Source: Mytilus trossulus (Eukaryota). From it: a DNA stretch of 64,000 nt. Positions 23,551 to 35,441 of this stretch are shown piece after piece; position 1 is the first letter of the stretch, and each line of letters begins with the position of its first letter. The notes under the pieces are model-generated. The model ran no database searches. It was not told the origin of the DNA and was given only the letters and a program-made list of their open reading frames with translations. The stretch is taken from the NCBI RefSeq assembly GCF_036588685.1, contig NC_086379.1, positions 83,018,001 through 83,082,000 on the forward strand, written 5' to 3'. The translations under genes and the position numbers were made by a program.

Positions 23551-26500
23551 TTACCCAACAACTACAGGTAGTGCAGTCGATACAAAATCAAGTCCTGGTT
23601 TACCACTGAAAACATCCTTCATTGTTTTCATTAAAGGGTTTTTGCCTTGGCCACACACACCGTGGAAATCATCTAAATCTAATGCCCACATCATACCTCC
23701 TCCTAAACCATTGTCCATAATGTATTTTGTCTGTTAGGGAAAAAAAAACCATTATAAAGTTTAAATTTTAAGTACTCCTTGTTAAACGACTATACTGGAT
23801 AAAGTCTTCTAGAATATAACTGTCAGAATTTGATTAAAGTTATTGAATTGTCAGTTTCTGTTCTAAGTAAAACAGTCTTAATTTGTTGAATTTATTAAAG
23901 ACGTCTTTACACTAAATCCATTGAACGTTGGATGTGCACTGATTGCTTTCCTCTTCTTAGTTAAAAAAAACCATGGATATGGGGAATGTGTCAAAGAGAC
24001 ACCAACCCGACAAAAGAATAAAAACATGATTACATAATTACTTTATGCGTTGTTATTTGCTTTGAACTCAATTTAAGTAACTGAGATAACACAGCGTATG
24101 TGCTAAGTGTATTTCGTATTTTGTATCTATATTTTTTCCAGATTAAGGGAGGTTTTGGTGCCTGTAAACGTTTTTCACCACATTCAGTCTGCTACTGTAA
24201 TTCAGAAGTTGTCGTTTGTTGGTGTATATCATATTTGTTTTTAGCTGATTGTTTTATCAGATCGTTAGCTTTCTTATTTGAATTGCAATACATTTGCCAT
24301 TTCGGGGCCTTTTATAACTGGCTATACTATGCGGTTTCGGGTTTATGCATCGTTGAAGGTCGTACGATGACCTATATTTTCTAATTTCTACGTCATTTGG
24401 TATCTGATGGAGATTGATCTCATTGGCAATCATACAAATGTTTGTACATGTATATAAAACATATTCAACTGTCTAATTGATTGTAATACTGTACACATGA
24501 AAGTCACTGACAGATGTGAATGATGACTATGACCAAGTTTGGTTCAAATTTGCCAAATAGTTTCAGAGACGATTATCGTTAATGTAAAGGGAGTGTTCAA
24601 AAATGTATTTCAGACCTTCTGAGCCTTATTATCTTATATCAATTTCAATATTTAATAGAAAGTTTATAATTATTGTTGGAATATAAAAGTTATCTTTTCC
24701 TGACATAAGTACTTACTTTAATGGCAATACTTTTCGGAGTTTCGAATGAGATCCACTGGTTATCATGATAGGCGAATGGTACTTTCTGTTCATCTAGCCA
24801 AATCTCTGTCCAATTCTGATACATAATGTCATAACAGATCTAGTTGTCAAAGAATGATAATAAATAATTATTGATTGCCTTTGAATGTTGATTAGATTGA
24901 AACAATATCTGAAGTCATAATAAATTATCCACAGAATACTTTATCACCCTAGGGCATTGATCCTTTATGTTGTAAGTAATACATTAAGAATCAATCGCAC
25001 ATTAGACCATACAAACCAATTCTCCCTACTGTAAAGATACTACAAAGATACATAGGCAAAACCGTGACACAACAGGCATATAGACTATAGATATAAGGAT
25101 TAGCGTTATCAGTTCATTACATTGACCTCAACAGGAATATGGGAAGAAAAAAGGTTAGAATTCATATGTAAATAAACTCACCATAGAAACCAGGATTGAA
25201 ATTTTGCATTTGCGCCAGACTCGCATTTAAAAAAAGTAAGAAAAAACAACAAACAAAGTACGAAGTTTAAGAGCATTTCGGACAAAAAATTCCTAAACAT
25301 TTTGCAAAATACATTTTAGGTTATATATCACTGAGGTTAAAAAGTCTTAGTAGTTCAAAATGTCAAGTGTTATTAACTGTTAATTTAGAATTATAACCAT
25401 ATCGAGGATAATTCATGTCAACACAGAGGTGCTGACTACTGGGCTGGTGATAAACCACCATAAATTAAGAATAATTTACATGAAACCCGAGATAAAATAC
25501 ATGACAATGACAATGACAAAAAAATTATATCTTTTATCTCTTTATCATATCAAACTTACCTCATAGTATGACAAGAACCCCTTTTCTTTAGTGGTTGAAC
25601 CCGCAGTACCCTGACCGGAAGTAGGAGCACCCAATCCTGTCTCAGATGTATTATTCAATATGAAAGACCTTCCATATGATGCCATACCCATTATAAGTTT
25701 CTCTTTTGGAGTGCCGCCATTCAACCACATTTTAACAGCAAAATCCTTAAAAAAACCAGTGTCATCCTTAATACGTTGTAAAATCAGGTATAGAGTTTTA
25801 AATAAATGGAGCAATGAAAACACTACAAACAATAGTAAAACACATGCCGTATATTAAGTAAACCAAAAATCTGATTTATGAATAAACAATACAATATAAA
25901 CAATATGACAGACAGCAAACCATGTCTTCCACTCCAGGCTTCTGGTTTGAGAGAAGCAAACAAACAATTGGCAGTTAAAAAATGCATCATGCTTTTTAGA
26001 CTAAATATCAAATAGTATTTGAGAAAAGCATGAACTTGCGCTTTCTAAACTGTATTGCAATATATTTTGTAATGTTGAACTGCTGATAATAATATTAATG
26101 TAAGGGCCAAAAAGCCGATATTCAATTATTTAACTATAGTGTCAAACGGATAACTTTTAATAATACGTTTAATAAAAGGTCCAAGAAGTAAACTTGCATC
26201 GTATATATATTTTCGACCTCCATAGACACAATTATCATATAAATTCGATTATAATATCCGCTTTGTTATCCGGTTTACCAATAAACATGACATAACTATT
26301 ATCATGGTTGAGAGTCAGAGTTGTATTTCTTTAACTTCTAAAACATTATTGATTAATTAGGTAAACACTGTTTTGTACATGTTTGTATCAAGTCAGGAGT
26401 ATAAATAAAGGCAACAGTGGTATACCGCTGTTCAAAAATCACAAATCGATTGAGAGGAAATAAATCCGGGCTACAAACTTAAACCGAGTGAAACATATCA

Positions 26501-29500
26501 ACTATTAGAGGGAAAACACACTCAAGTGCAACAGGAATTAGGAGTATGACAGTTGTTTTCCATTCGTTTGATGTGTGTGAGCTTTTGATTTTGCCATTTG
26601 ATAAGGAATTTTCGGTTTTGAATTTTCGTTTCAGTTCATTATTCTACTTTGTACTATTTATTATTACTTTGTGTACTATTTATTATTACTTTGTACTATT
26701 TATTATTACTTTATGTACTATTTATTATTAATTTGTACTATTTATTATTACTTTGTACTTTGTACTATTTATTATTACTTTGTACTATTTATTATTACTT
26801 TGAACTATTTATTATTACTTTGTACTATTTATTATTACTTACAACATTATTAGCCTCGTATGGAGTTAGTGATTTGTAAAGTGGAGTATTACATTGTGTA
26901 CCATTATAAAAATCACTATTCATATCAAACGCCATTAGATTTATAAAGTCCAAATTCCTGAAGAAGAAAAAAATTGATAGGGCAATTGTTACGTGTGAAA
27001 TTTAATTTTATTCAGGAGATACACATTTGTGATCTGTATGTTGAAAAAGATAACAATAAAATCCATTATGACACAAAAGAAATTTCTTAAATATTTGCAA
27101 ACTTTGAAATTCTGTTGATTTATATTGATCTTCGAAGAAAACCTTCTGTTACCCTTTTCCCGATATTTTGCAAACAAAATATGTGTTAACTAAAAACGTC
27201 TTCAGTCTATAAATAAAACCATTACTTCAGGTATATCCATAAAATATAATTTACCAATAATATATAATAGATAATATTGTCTTAAAATTGAAAAAAATTA
27301 TATAAAAAATTTAATTCAACAGTAAAAGACATGAATCTTCATCATAAATAATTAAAACAAATTAAAACTTTACTCTGCTATTTTGCTGATTTCGTACGCA
27401 CTCTCTATTTCTGGTTTACTGGCTGCCACAGCTGCTGTTAGCAACAGACGAGAACTACCAGTTCTCAAATCTTCATTGTCATATTTTGTTCGTAATGTCT
27501 GTCAAAAAATATTTTCTTTCATTAATAGAGATTGGTACAAGATTAAGCTACTCACATTTACTTATTTGAAAGTCTACTATCAATTTATTTTGAAATAAAG
27601 AAACATGTTTAGTTAAATTAAAAAAAAAAACCCAATGAATCCTTTTTTTCATTCTTCAAATTGAACTTTTCTACTTGTAAATATTGAACAGAAGATGCAT
27701 TTTCTTTGTGCTTTATTTATTATTTGTACCTTAACAAGGGAAGTGAATCTCTTTTTGTCCTCAGGAGGGCTTCCTCTATTGGCAGGATATTCCCAATCTA
27801 AGTCAAGACCATCAAAACCGTTCTGTCTAAGGAATTTGATTGAATTTGTAGCAAATGCATCCATGTTTGATTGGTTAGCCACGATTCTTGTAAATGGTTT
27901 AGTCCCATGATTCCACCCTCCAACAGCTAACAGTAGTTTTAAGTCAGGATTTTTACTTCTTACATCATGCATCATATCAAACTGACCTTGTCCTGAAATG
28001 GATATGTATGAATAATCACCGTTTTCAACTTAGTGTGTGTTCTAAAAGTTTTCAAGACAAACTTTTAAAAACAAATGAATAAGAAAAGGTTAATTGTTTG
28101 ATTGACTGTAAGATAACGACTGGTTTTGATAAACAATAGATATAGGAAGATGTGGTGTGAGTGCCAATGAGACAACTCTCCATCCAAGTAACAATTTAAG
28201 AAGTAAACCATTATAGGTTAAAGTACGGCCTTCAACACGGAGCCTTGGCTCACACCGAACAACAAGCTATAAAGAGCCCCAAAATTACTAGTGTAAAACC
28301 ATTCAAACGGGAAAACCAACGGTCTAATCTATATAAACAAAACGAGAAACGAGAAACACGTATATATTACATAAACAAACGACAACTACTGTAATCAGAT
28401 TCCTGACTTAGGACAGGTGCAAACATTTGCAGCGGGATTAAACGTTTTAATGGATCCAAACCTTCTCCCTTTTTCTGCTTCTGAAACAATAGCATAACAT
28501 CACAACATAGAAAAACACGTTCTTTTAATATAGAAAAAACCCGACAACATCTAATTCTATAAAAGAAGTAATGGACATACCAAACGTTTTACCAAACAAA
28601 ACTTTTTTTATCCAATATATATAAATATATGCAATGCAATAAGTTATATATATATAAATGTTCTGAGAACACATGTTCGTAATCAAGTACTTAATTCGTT
28701 AACTGATGGAATTACCCCATATACGAATGAATTTTGCCATATGCACTATTGACTCTACCTTATAAACTTACCCCATACACTGATATCATTCCATTCATAT
28801 GGTTTGATGTAATTTGATTCCAACTTGGCAAAGGCATAAATCACATGCGTGCATAGAAACGGATCTACATTATTGGCCTTGTACTTTCCGATTCTACTAC
28901 GGTATTGGGCCCAGTTTGTAAAATAACAAACCCTTTTATAACTTGCAGCGGCTGAAAAAGTATTTATGTGATTAATAACAGCAAATTGTAGAGTAAATCT
29001 ATGAAATATAAAGTACCAAAAACACATGTCCATATATGGATATCTAGCCATTAGATATCAGAAAGCTGTAATCTGTATTATAATAGCCATGAAAGAGAAG
29101 CTAAATGACAAACAACAACTCCGAGGAAAATAAAAAGCACCTTTAATATCAAATGGCAATATCAAAAGCTCAAACACATCAATCGAGTGGAAAACTACAT
29201 TCATAACCCTGACTTCGTAATGTAGAACATGGTTGATTAAACCTGGTTTTGTAGATTGCCTGACTTCTAAATTGTATAACAGTCGCATACAATCTCATTA
29301 ATTGACAAGAATGTATGAACAAAACAAACAGACATCAAATGTAAAATAGTCAAAGTTAGTTACAGAAGTCATCATATTATTTTTCAATCTTAATCACTAT
29401 AAAAATTAAACAATTACTAAAAAGTTTGTAAAGTTCTGTTGTTAGAACAGCTAAGCAAACTTTTACCCTCCTCTTTGTTTTTGTAAAATGCAAAATTGTT

Positions 29501-30178
29501 ATTTGTGATAATGCTAAAGTAGTTATCAAAATTACCAGGATAATAGTAGGATTTAACACATTTTGGTTAATTGTCTCATTGCTTTTCGAGTATTTAATTT
29601 TGGATTTCAATAAGTATTGCGTCTCTGTTGGGCAATGTGTAAACGAAACGCCACGTCTTAGGTACCTGATTAAAAGCTAATGTATATCTTTTGTTTACTC
29701 TTATTCTATTAAAGAAATGGATTCTAGTGAGCGTTCAGAACAAGCGCACCACCAATATTGATTTCAAAATAAGTGAGATTCTTTTATTTGCTCTATATTA
29801 AAAGTATTCTTTTCAATGTTATTATTGTGGTGCGTAGAAATCTCATAAAAGGTACTAATCTTTTGATTTAAATGAAAACACCAGACACGAACTCTTATAT
29901 GTCTCAGCAAACAAAAAACACATGTTTACAGAATAATTTCCACTTACCCAACGTCTGCACACGAAAATTATTTTTTAAGAATATGGTTTTTGTTTCAAAA
30001 ACTTGACTTTTAAGCGAAAGGGACCGTTTGCCATGATAACTTACCGCCTAACTTAAAGGGTAGGGATAATTACTTTTAAGCAACAATCATATAAATATTA
30101 AAGAGGATTTGATGGATATAATTAGTGTGTCTTACCTTCAGATAAAAGAAGAATCAGAACAATATAGCTGAACATCAT
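23551..30178 (-). CDS. GH18 chitinase paralog, secreted, catalytic domain only; 8 coding exons, ~404 aa
   Basis: Minus-strand exons 30178-30136, 28951-28772, 27992-27730, 27498-27374, 26957-26843, 25745-25560, 24839-24717 and 23730-23551; all GT-AG, with internal exon sizes 180/263/125/186/123 identical to chitinase 1. Signal peptide MMFSYIVLILLLSE; motifs KRVCYFTNWAQYR, EWND, LAVGGWN, FDGLDLDWEYPA, GGGMMWALDLDDF; ends PVVVG*. Confidence 0.92.
26645..26840. repeat. AT-rich minisatellite, ~20-22 bp unit tttgtactatttattattac, about 9 copies
   Basis: Visible directly; it abuts the exon 5 splice donor of the minus-strand chitinase. Confidence 0.95.
28138..28520. repeat. High-copy dispersed repeat (SINE-like, family unassigned)
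   Basis: The block gaagatgtgg..tgccaatgagacaactc...ggccttcaacacggagccttggctcacaccgaac recurs at ~7850-8350, 49975-50170 and 61480-61660, with a related family at 4365-4530, 48880-49190 and 62430-63000. Confidence 0.75.
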
Positions 30179-33100
30179 CCTCTGAAAAATAATAGAATTA
30201 TATTCATACAGTAAAATCTTGGATAGCAAGAAAGACATCCACAGTGGCGAGTGTCACATATCCCGGAATGCGACTTAACTTGTAAGACTTATCAATTAGT
30301 TTGTACCTTCATGAGCAACTGAATGGGGACTAAATGATGAACACCTTATTTCACCCCGATTATTGGTAGGGTTCGTGTTGCTTAGTATTGCTTAGTATTT
30401 AGTTTTCTATTTTTTTTGTCTTTTTTTGCCACGATATTGTCAGTTTGTAAAATATTTTAAAGTTTGAACCTCTTTCGGCTCTCTTTTACTATTATAATTG
30501 AATAATTTGTATTCCAACCATCGCTGGCCTTTTAAATAAATACTGATGATAATTAAATGATACATTTAGAAATTATTAATTATTTCCATGAAGGTTAAAT
30601 TTACTCGATAGATTTTACCATGAAATTATCTTCTGCAGCAACAAGGATGTCTTTTTTTTTTATGATTGGTTAATTCAGGTCCGATAACTACTCCCTGCAA
30701 ACACAAAAAATAGTGGGTTGTAAGTTAAATAACTCTATTGAATTTTCTTGATTCTTTTTTGTCACAAAATCATAAAGTAGGAATTTATTCGAATTATTTT
30801 AGGCCAACAAGCTTAATCTTAAATCAAGTAACCAGGACTTTATCTTCAATAGTAAATTCCGTCCGGTAGTAACAATTGTTCCTTAAACTTATTTCTTTGA
30901 TAATCTTGTCAATTAACATTTTTTTCTAGGAAAGAAATCCATAGCTAATAAAATAATATTTCTCGTCCAGATAGAATGAAGACATGATCCGTAAAATGGA
31001 TAAGACGACAATTCTTGTATTCAATAATCTAATACCGCAAACATTAAAAATCCAGTACTAAGTCAGGAAAACGTCCATTGTTATGTTATAGTCCGTTTCT
31101 GTGTGTTTTACATATTAATGTTTTGTTTTTTGTGTGTCGAATGTCTTCTTTTATATTTGATGCGTTTCCCTCAGTTTTAGTTTGTGACCCGGATTTGTTT
31201 TTTTTCTCAATCGATTTATGAATTTGAAACAGCGGTATACTACGGTTGCCTTTATCTATTCATGATGTTGTTATAAAACGTACTTATCATCGATTTCAGT
31301 CTTCTTTCTTATGACTGTGTTGGAACAGTGTTATAACAATAACAAGAATACAGAAATAATACGACAGTGAAAAATAATACATGTACATTGACATAATAAT
31401 GTAAATATTTCAAAATCTTACACAAAACCACAACTATTCGTGTGTGAATGATTGAACAGTTTTACAGGTACACAAATAACTTCAAATAATATAAAATCCT
31501 GACCTGCTATGGTCAAAAGATGGTCCACTGCTAATCAGAAAAGTAGACGACAAAGTAAACTTGTGAAATATATTCGTACTTCAAAAGGAAGAAACGGTTT
31601 CATTGGTCATTACCAACCTTTAGCTTGTAAGATCCTTCTAGTCCTTTTCTGATTAGGAACACGAGATTATACACACGCTTACATATATTACATATACCTT
31701 GAATTTGGTGTATACATTGTCATTATGTTATCAGTGTAAAAGTCTTTATCTAACAGAATGATTTGAAACCTCAACAATAAGAACCAAATGTTTCAAGAAA
31801 CGTAACAATAGAAAAGATTGACAACTACGCAATAAATGCGTACTACTTCAAACTATATTTCTAATATATACATATCTTCTCTTTATCAATTTCAAAATAA
31901 GTGCAAGGGACTATGAGTTACACACTGAGGTCAATCAGTAATTTGAAAACACATACTGATATTTTCCTAACACTACTGTTGGAAATATACATAATGGAAG
32001 AGGAAGACATATATTGATCTTGGTGTTCTCTTTTAAAACCAACAACAAAACACAAACTTTTCAAAACAACCAAGTTTTACCCGGCCGAATGTTCATCTCC
32101 ATGCCCCAAGTTTGAAACCTCTTTAGTGAGTATTGTACATGTTTATTTTGTTTAATACGTGGTATGAGTGCCAATGCGACAACTCCCCACCCAAGTTGCA
32201 ATGTGTAAAAACAGTCAGGATCCTACTTCGTCAAAATTATCTCCCCATTACGCCAGTTCATTTTCACAATCGTAGAAACGGCAGCCATTGAAGGGATGAC
32301 GCGCTACCAATTTTGCTCTTGGAAACCGATATATTTATCCACATTGCAACATTACGATCCTTATATGTCAGTTGTATTTAAAAAAAAACCAAATGTATTA
32401 CCTAGATAATGAGCATCAGTTAATAATCTTGTCTGCATTGATTCAACTTAAAACTTTTGTCTGATCGGTTGTCAGGTTGAATTTTCGAAAAATCATAAAC
32501 ATTTAAAAAAATTCTAATTAAATATTTCGTGGAAGGGCAGACTAGATTTTGTTAGTGTATGAAGACTCTAAACTCTAGTTATCACACACAAAAAATTAGA
32601 ATTTTTCGAAGATATGCATTTTCATCATCCAACTTGAAAGACTGTCGTCAAGTACTTTCAGTAAAAAAAATAGCTATTCGAACACACCTTCTCTGTTTTT
32701 GTGACTCATTAAATAGGTATTTCACTTGACCCATATATTTCATCTTTTATAACTGTGATTTTTTTGTGTTATAACGTCAACCTGTAGCTTTAATATATAA
32801 AAATGATAGAATCTGAAGCGAGACGATGTATGAAATATTCTTACTTTGTACGATATCAAGACAAAATAATCAACTCAAACACGCCCTAACATAAAAAGGT
32901 GCACTCGATTTTCTCTTTTCGATACGATTTTTACCCATTTTTTGGATTTTTTTCTTCAGTCACATAATGGAAGGGCAGACACTAAAATTACCGAACTAAT
33001 AGATTGATATGTTTTCCGTCCGTGGTAATTTTTTCAAAAAAATCGGAGGTTATGCATTTTTGTCATCCAACTTGAAAGATACCCATGTCGTCGACTTGAT

Positions 33101-33753
33101 ATCTAATTGTTCTGCTTAACTATGAACTAGATAAATTGAAAACTTATGCAAATGGTGTTTTTAAAATAAAACACTTCGTAATTGAGAAGAAAAATGCAAT
33201 TTTGTTTGTTTCTATTAACTTTAAAAAATTTGTCACTATAGTAAACAATACTGTAAACGTTTATCGCCTTCTCTAATAAAGAGCTTCGATTCTTTTGTTC
33301 TATTTCAACCTGGTTTCCGACTGAAAAGTAAACAATTATATGTAAAGTACGACCTTCAACACGTAACCTTAGCTCACACCGAACAACATACGATCAGGAC
33401 CATTGCTATTTTCTACACTAATTTGAAGAATTCCAGTTAGTGTTTATTAATAGCGATGACACTCGCACTTATATCTGTCTTGTCTATCAAAACTACGAAA
33501 TTGCATGTGTATATTGTAGTGATCGAGCTGCATTTCGTACTTTGATTAAACTCAATAAACTTAACAAAATAAGCATTTGTTTATATGTCAAGAAAAACAG
33601 CAATTATTCATCGGAAAAGACTCGCGAAAATACTTAACAATACAACTATACCAAAACACAAACATGAACAAATACGACGCACAAGCAAGATGTTTTTAAT
33701 GAGCAATAAAAAAACAGTCGACAAGCAAAACATTGACAAAACCAATTACTGAG

Positions 33754-33902
33754 CAGTGGCGGATCCAGAGGGGGGGGGTTCCGGGGGTGCGCACCCCCCT
33801 TTATTTTTGCCGATCAATGCATTTGTATAGGGACATATGTTTTGCACCCCCCTTTGTCCTGGGTTAGCACCCCCCTTTCGAAAATTCCTGCATCCGCCCC
33901 TG
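33754..33902. mobile_element. GC-rich MITE with CAG...CTG TIRs and 5-bp target-site duplication
   Basis: cagtggcggatccag ... cctgcatccgcccctg, flanked by ctgag at 33749-33753 and 33903-33907. Confidence 0.8.
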
Positions 33903-34288
33903 CTGAGCGACACGAAAGCAACCATATAAAGGCAAACAAATCTCAATAAGAAAATTGCCCGGAATTATATAGAGGGTAAGCATTTAACTTGTATTCAGTA
34001 TCTGTTTTGAGATTTTGTTTTGATTGCTATTTATTGTACATTTGATTTTTGCAAATTAAAAAAAAAGGTGTTCTACTTATTTAAACAGATACATTTTAAA
34101 ACATAACACATTTTGTCGTCTCATATTACGGTAAAATCAAATTTCTTTTTAATGACTACGACATGTGCAAATAAACTGTATTATATGTAATCACTCGTAC
34201 CTTTCACAGATCATACAAACATCTTTAAGTGATAAGGTAAGTTTAAATAATAATTCATAATTATGAAAATGTATGTAATTGCTGTGTA

Positions 34289-34708
34289 CACAGCTGCTTT
34301 TGCATTGGTACTATTTCTGTAGTAAAAATTTGTAGTACTAGAAATCTGCTTTTAATATTCAGTACTATTTTGTTATTCTAAAACTATTGTAATACTTAGG
34401 TACCTGTACTTTACAGTACTTTATTTGTACTTGAAATTTAGGTACTACAGATTTTAGGATACTACCGTTACATTTTCAGCATTTTGAAAGTTTTTTTTTA
34501 TCTCAAATCTCTTGAAGATATCATTTTCAAACATGGAATATTGTATTATTTCTGTACCAAAATATTTAGTACAAATCAAGTACTGTAAAATACAAGTACC
34601 TAAATATAACAATAGTTTTAAAGTAAAGAAATAGTACTAAATATTGAAAGTAAATTTCCAGAACTGCATTTTGTTAACAGAAATAGTACCTATGCAAAGG
34701 TAGCTGTG
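34289..34708. mobile_element. MITE with long imperfect TIRs, CAC...GTG ends and TA flanks
   Basis: ta|cacagctgcttttgcattggtactatttctgt... pairs with ...acagaaatagtacctatgcaaaggtagctgtg|ta; arms ~160 bp. Confidence 0.8.
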
Positions 34709-35441
34709 TAGAAAACTCAAAATTGACACTCTTTTGAATATTGAAATTGAAATTGGTGTGGATGTAAGCAACTGTAGGTCGCTGTACGACATTCAACAAT
34801 TCGCAAAACTCATTCATATAAAACAATAAATGAAAAACAAATATGACAGACAGCAGTCAATGACTAAATATACACATCAAAAAAAAATATTGCATTGATT
34901 TTTTAAAACTTGAAAAATCAGCCTCTTATTTTAGATGATTAAATATTTGTAAAATAATATTGAAACATAGTTTTTGATAACATTAGCCTTAAAGCGAACA
35001 AAAAATGTTTGATGCAAAATAATTATCTAACCAAAAATTTAATAACAAAATGAAGTGTTTTGTGTACAAAAAAATGCATTTTACAACTTTTACTCTAGTG
35101 GAACTTTACAATGTCGGACATTTCAAAATTAATCTTAATATGATTGTTGACATCATGATTGATCTTTTACGCCAAAGAAATAGAACTTTGTGCGCAGCCT
35201 TCATTCAAACGGATAACCGTTTTGCTGTTTACGGGTACGGTAGCTGCATTTGCAGATAAGGACTTATCGAGTCGATATTTATTGATTAAACTCGGGTGAT
35301 ATTTAAATAATGTTTAACAAGTTCTATTTTAAAAATTATATCACAAAAAAATAAAGAGTGTGTTTTTAATTTCAATTTCAAGTTGGTGTTGCAATACTTA
35401 TTTTACATGTGTATATAATGATCGTATTTGTTTTTGTAAGA

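Noticed and set aside
26546-26879. Hydrophobic Tyr/Leu-rich ORFs
   Set aside because: Translations of the AT-rich minisatellite, antisense to a chitinase intron.
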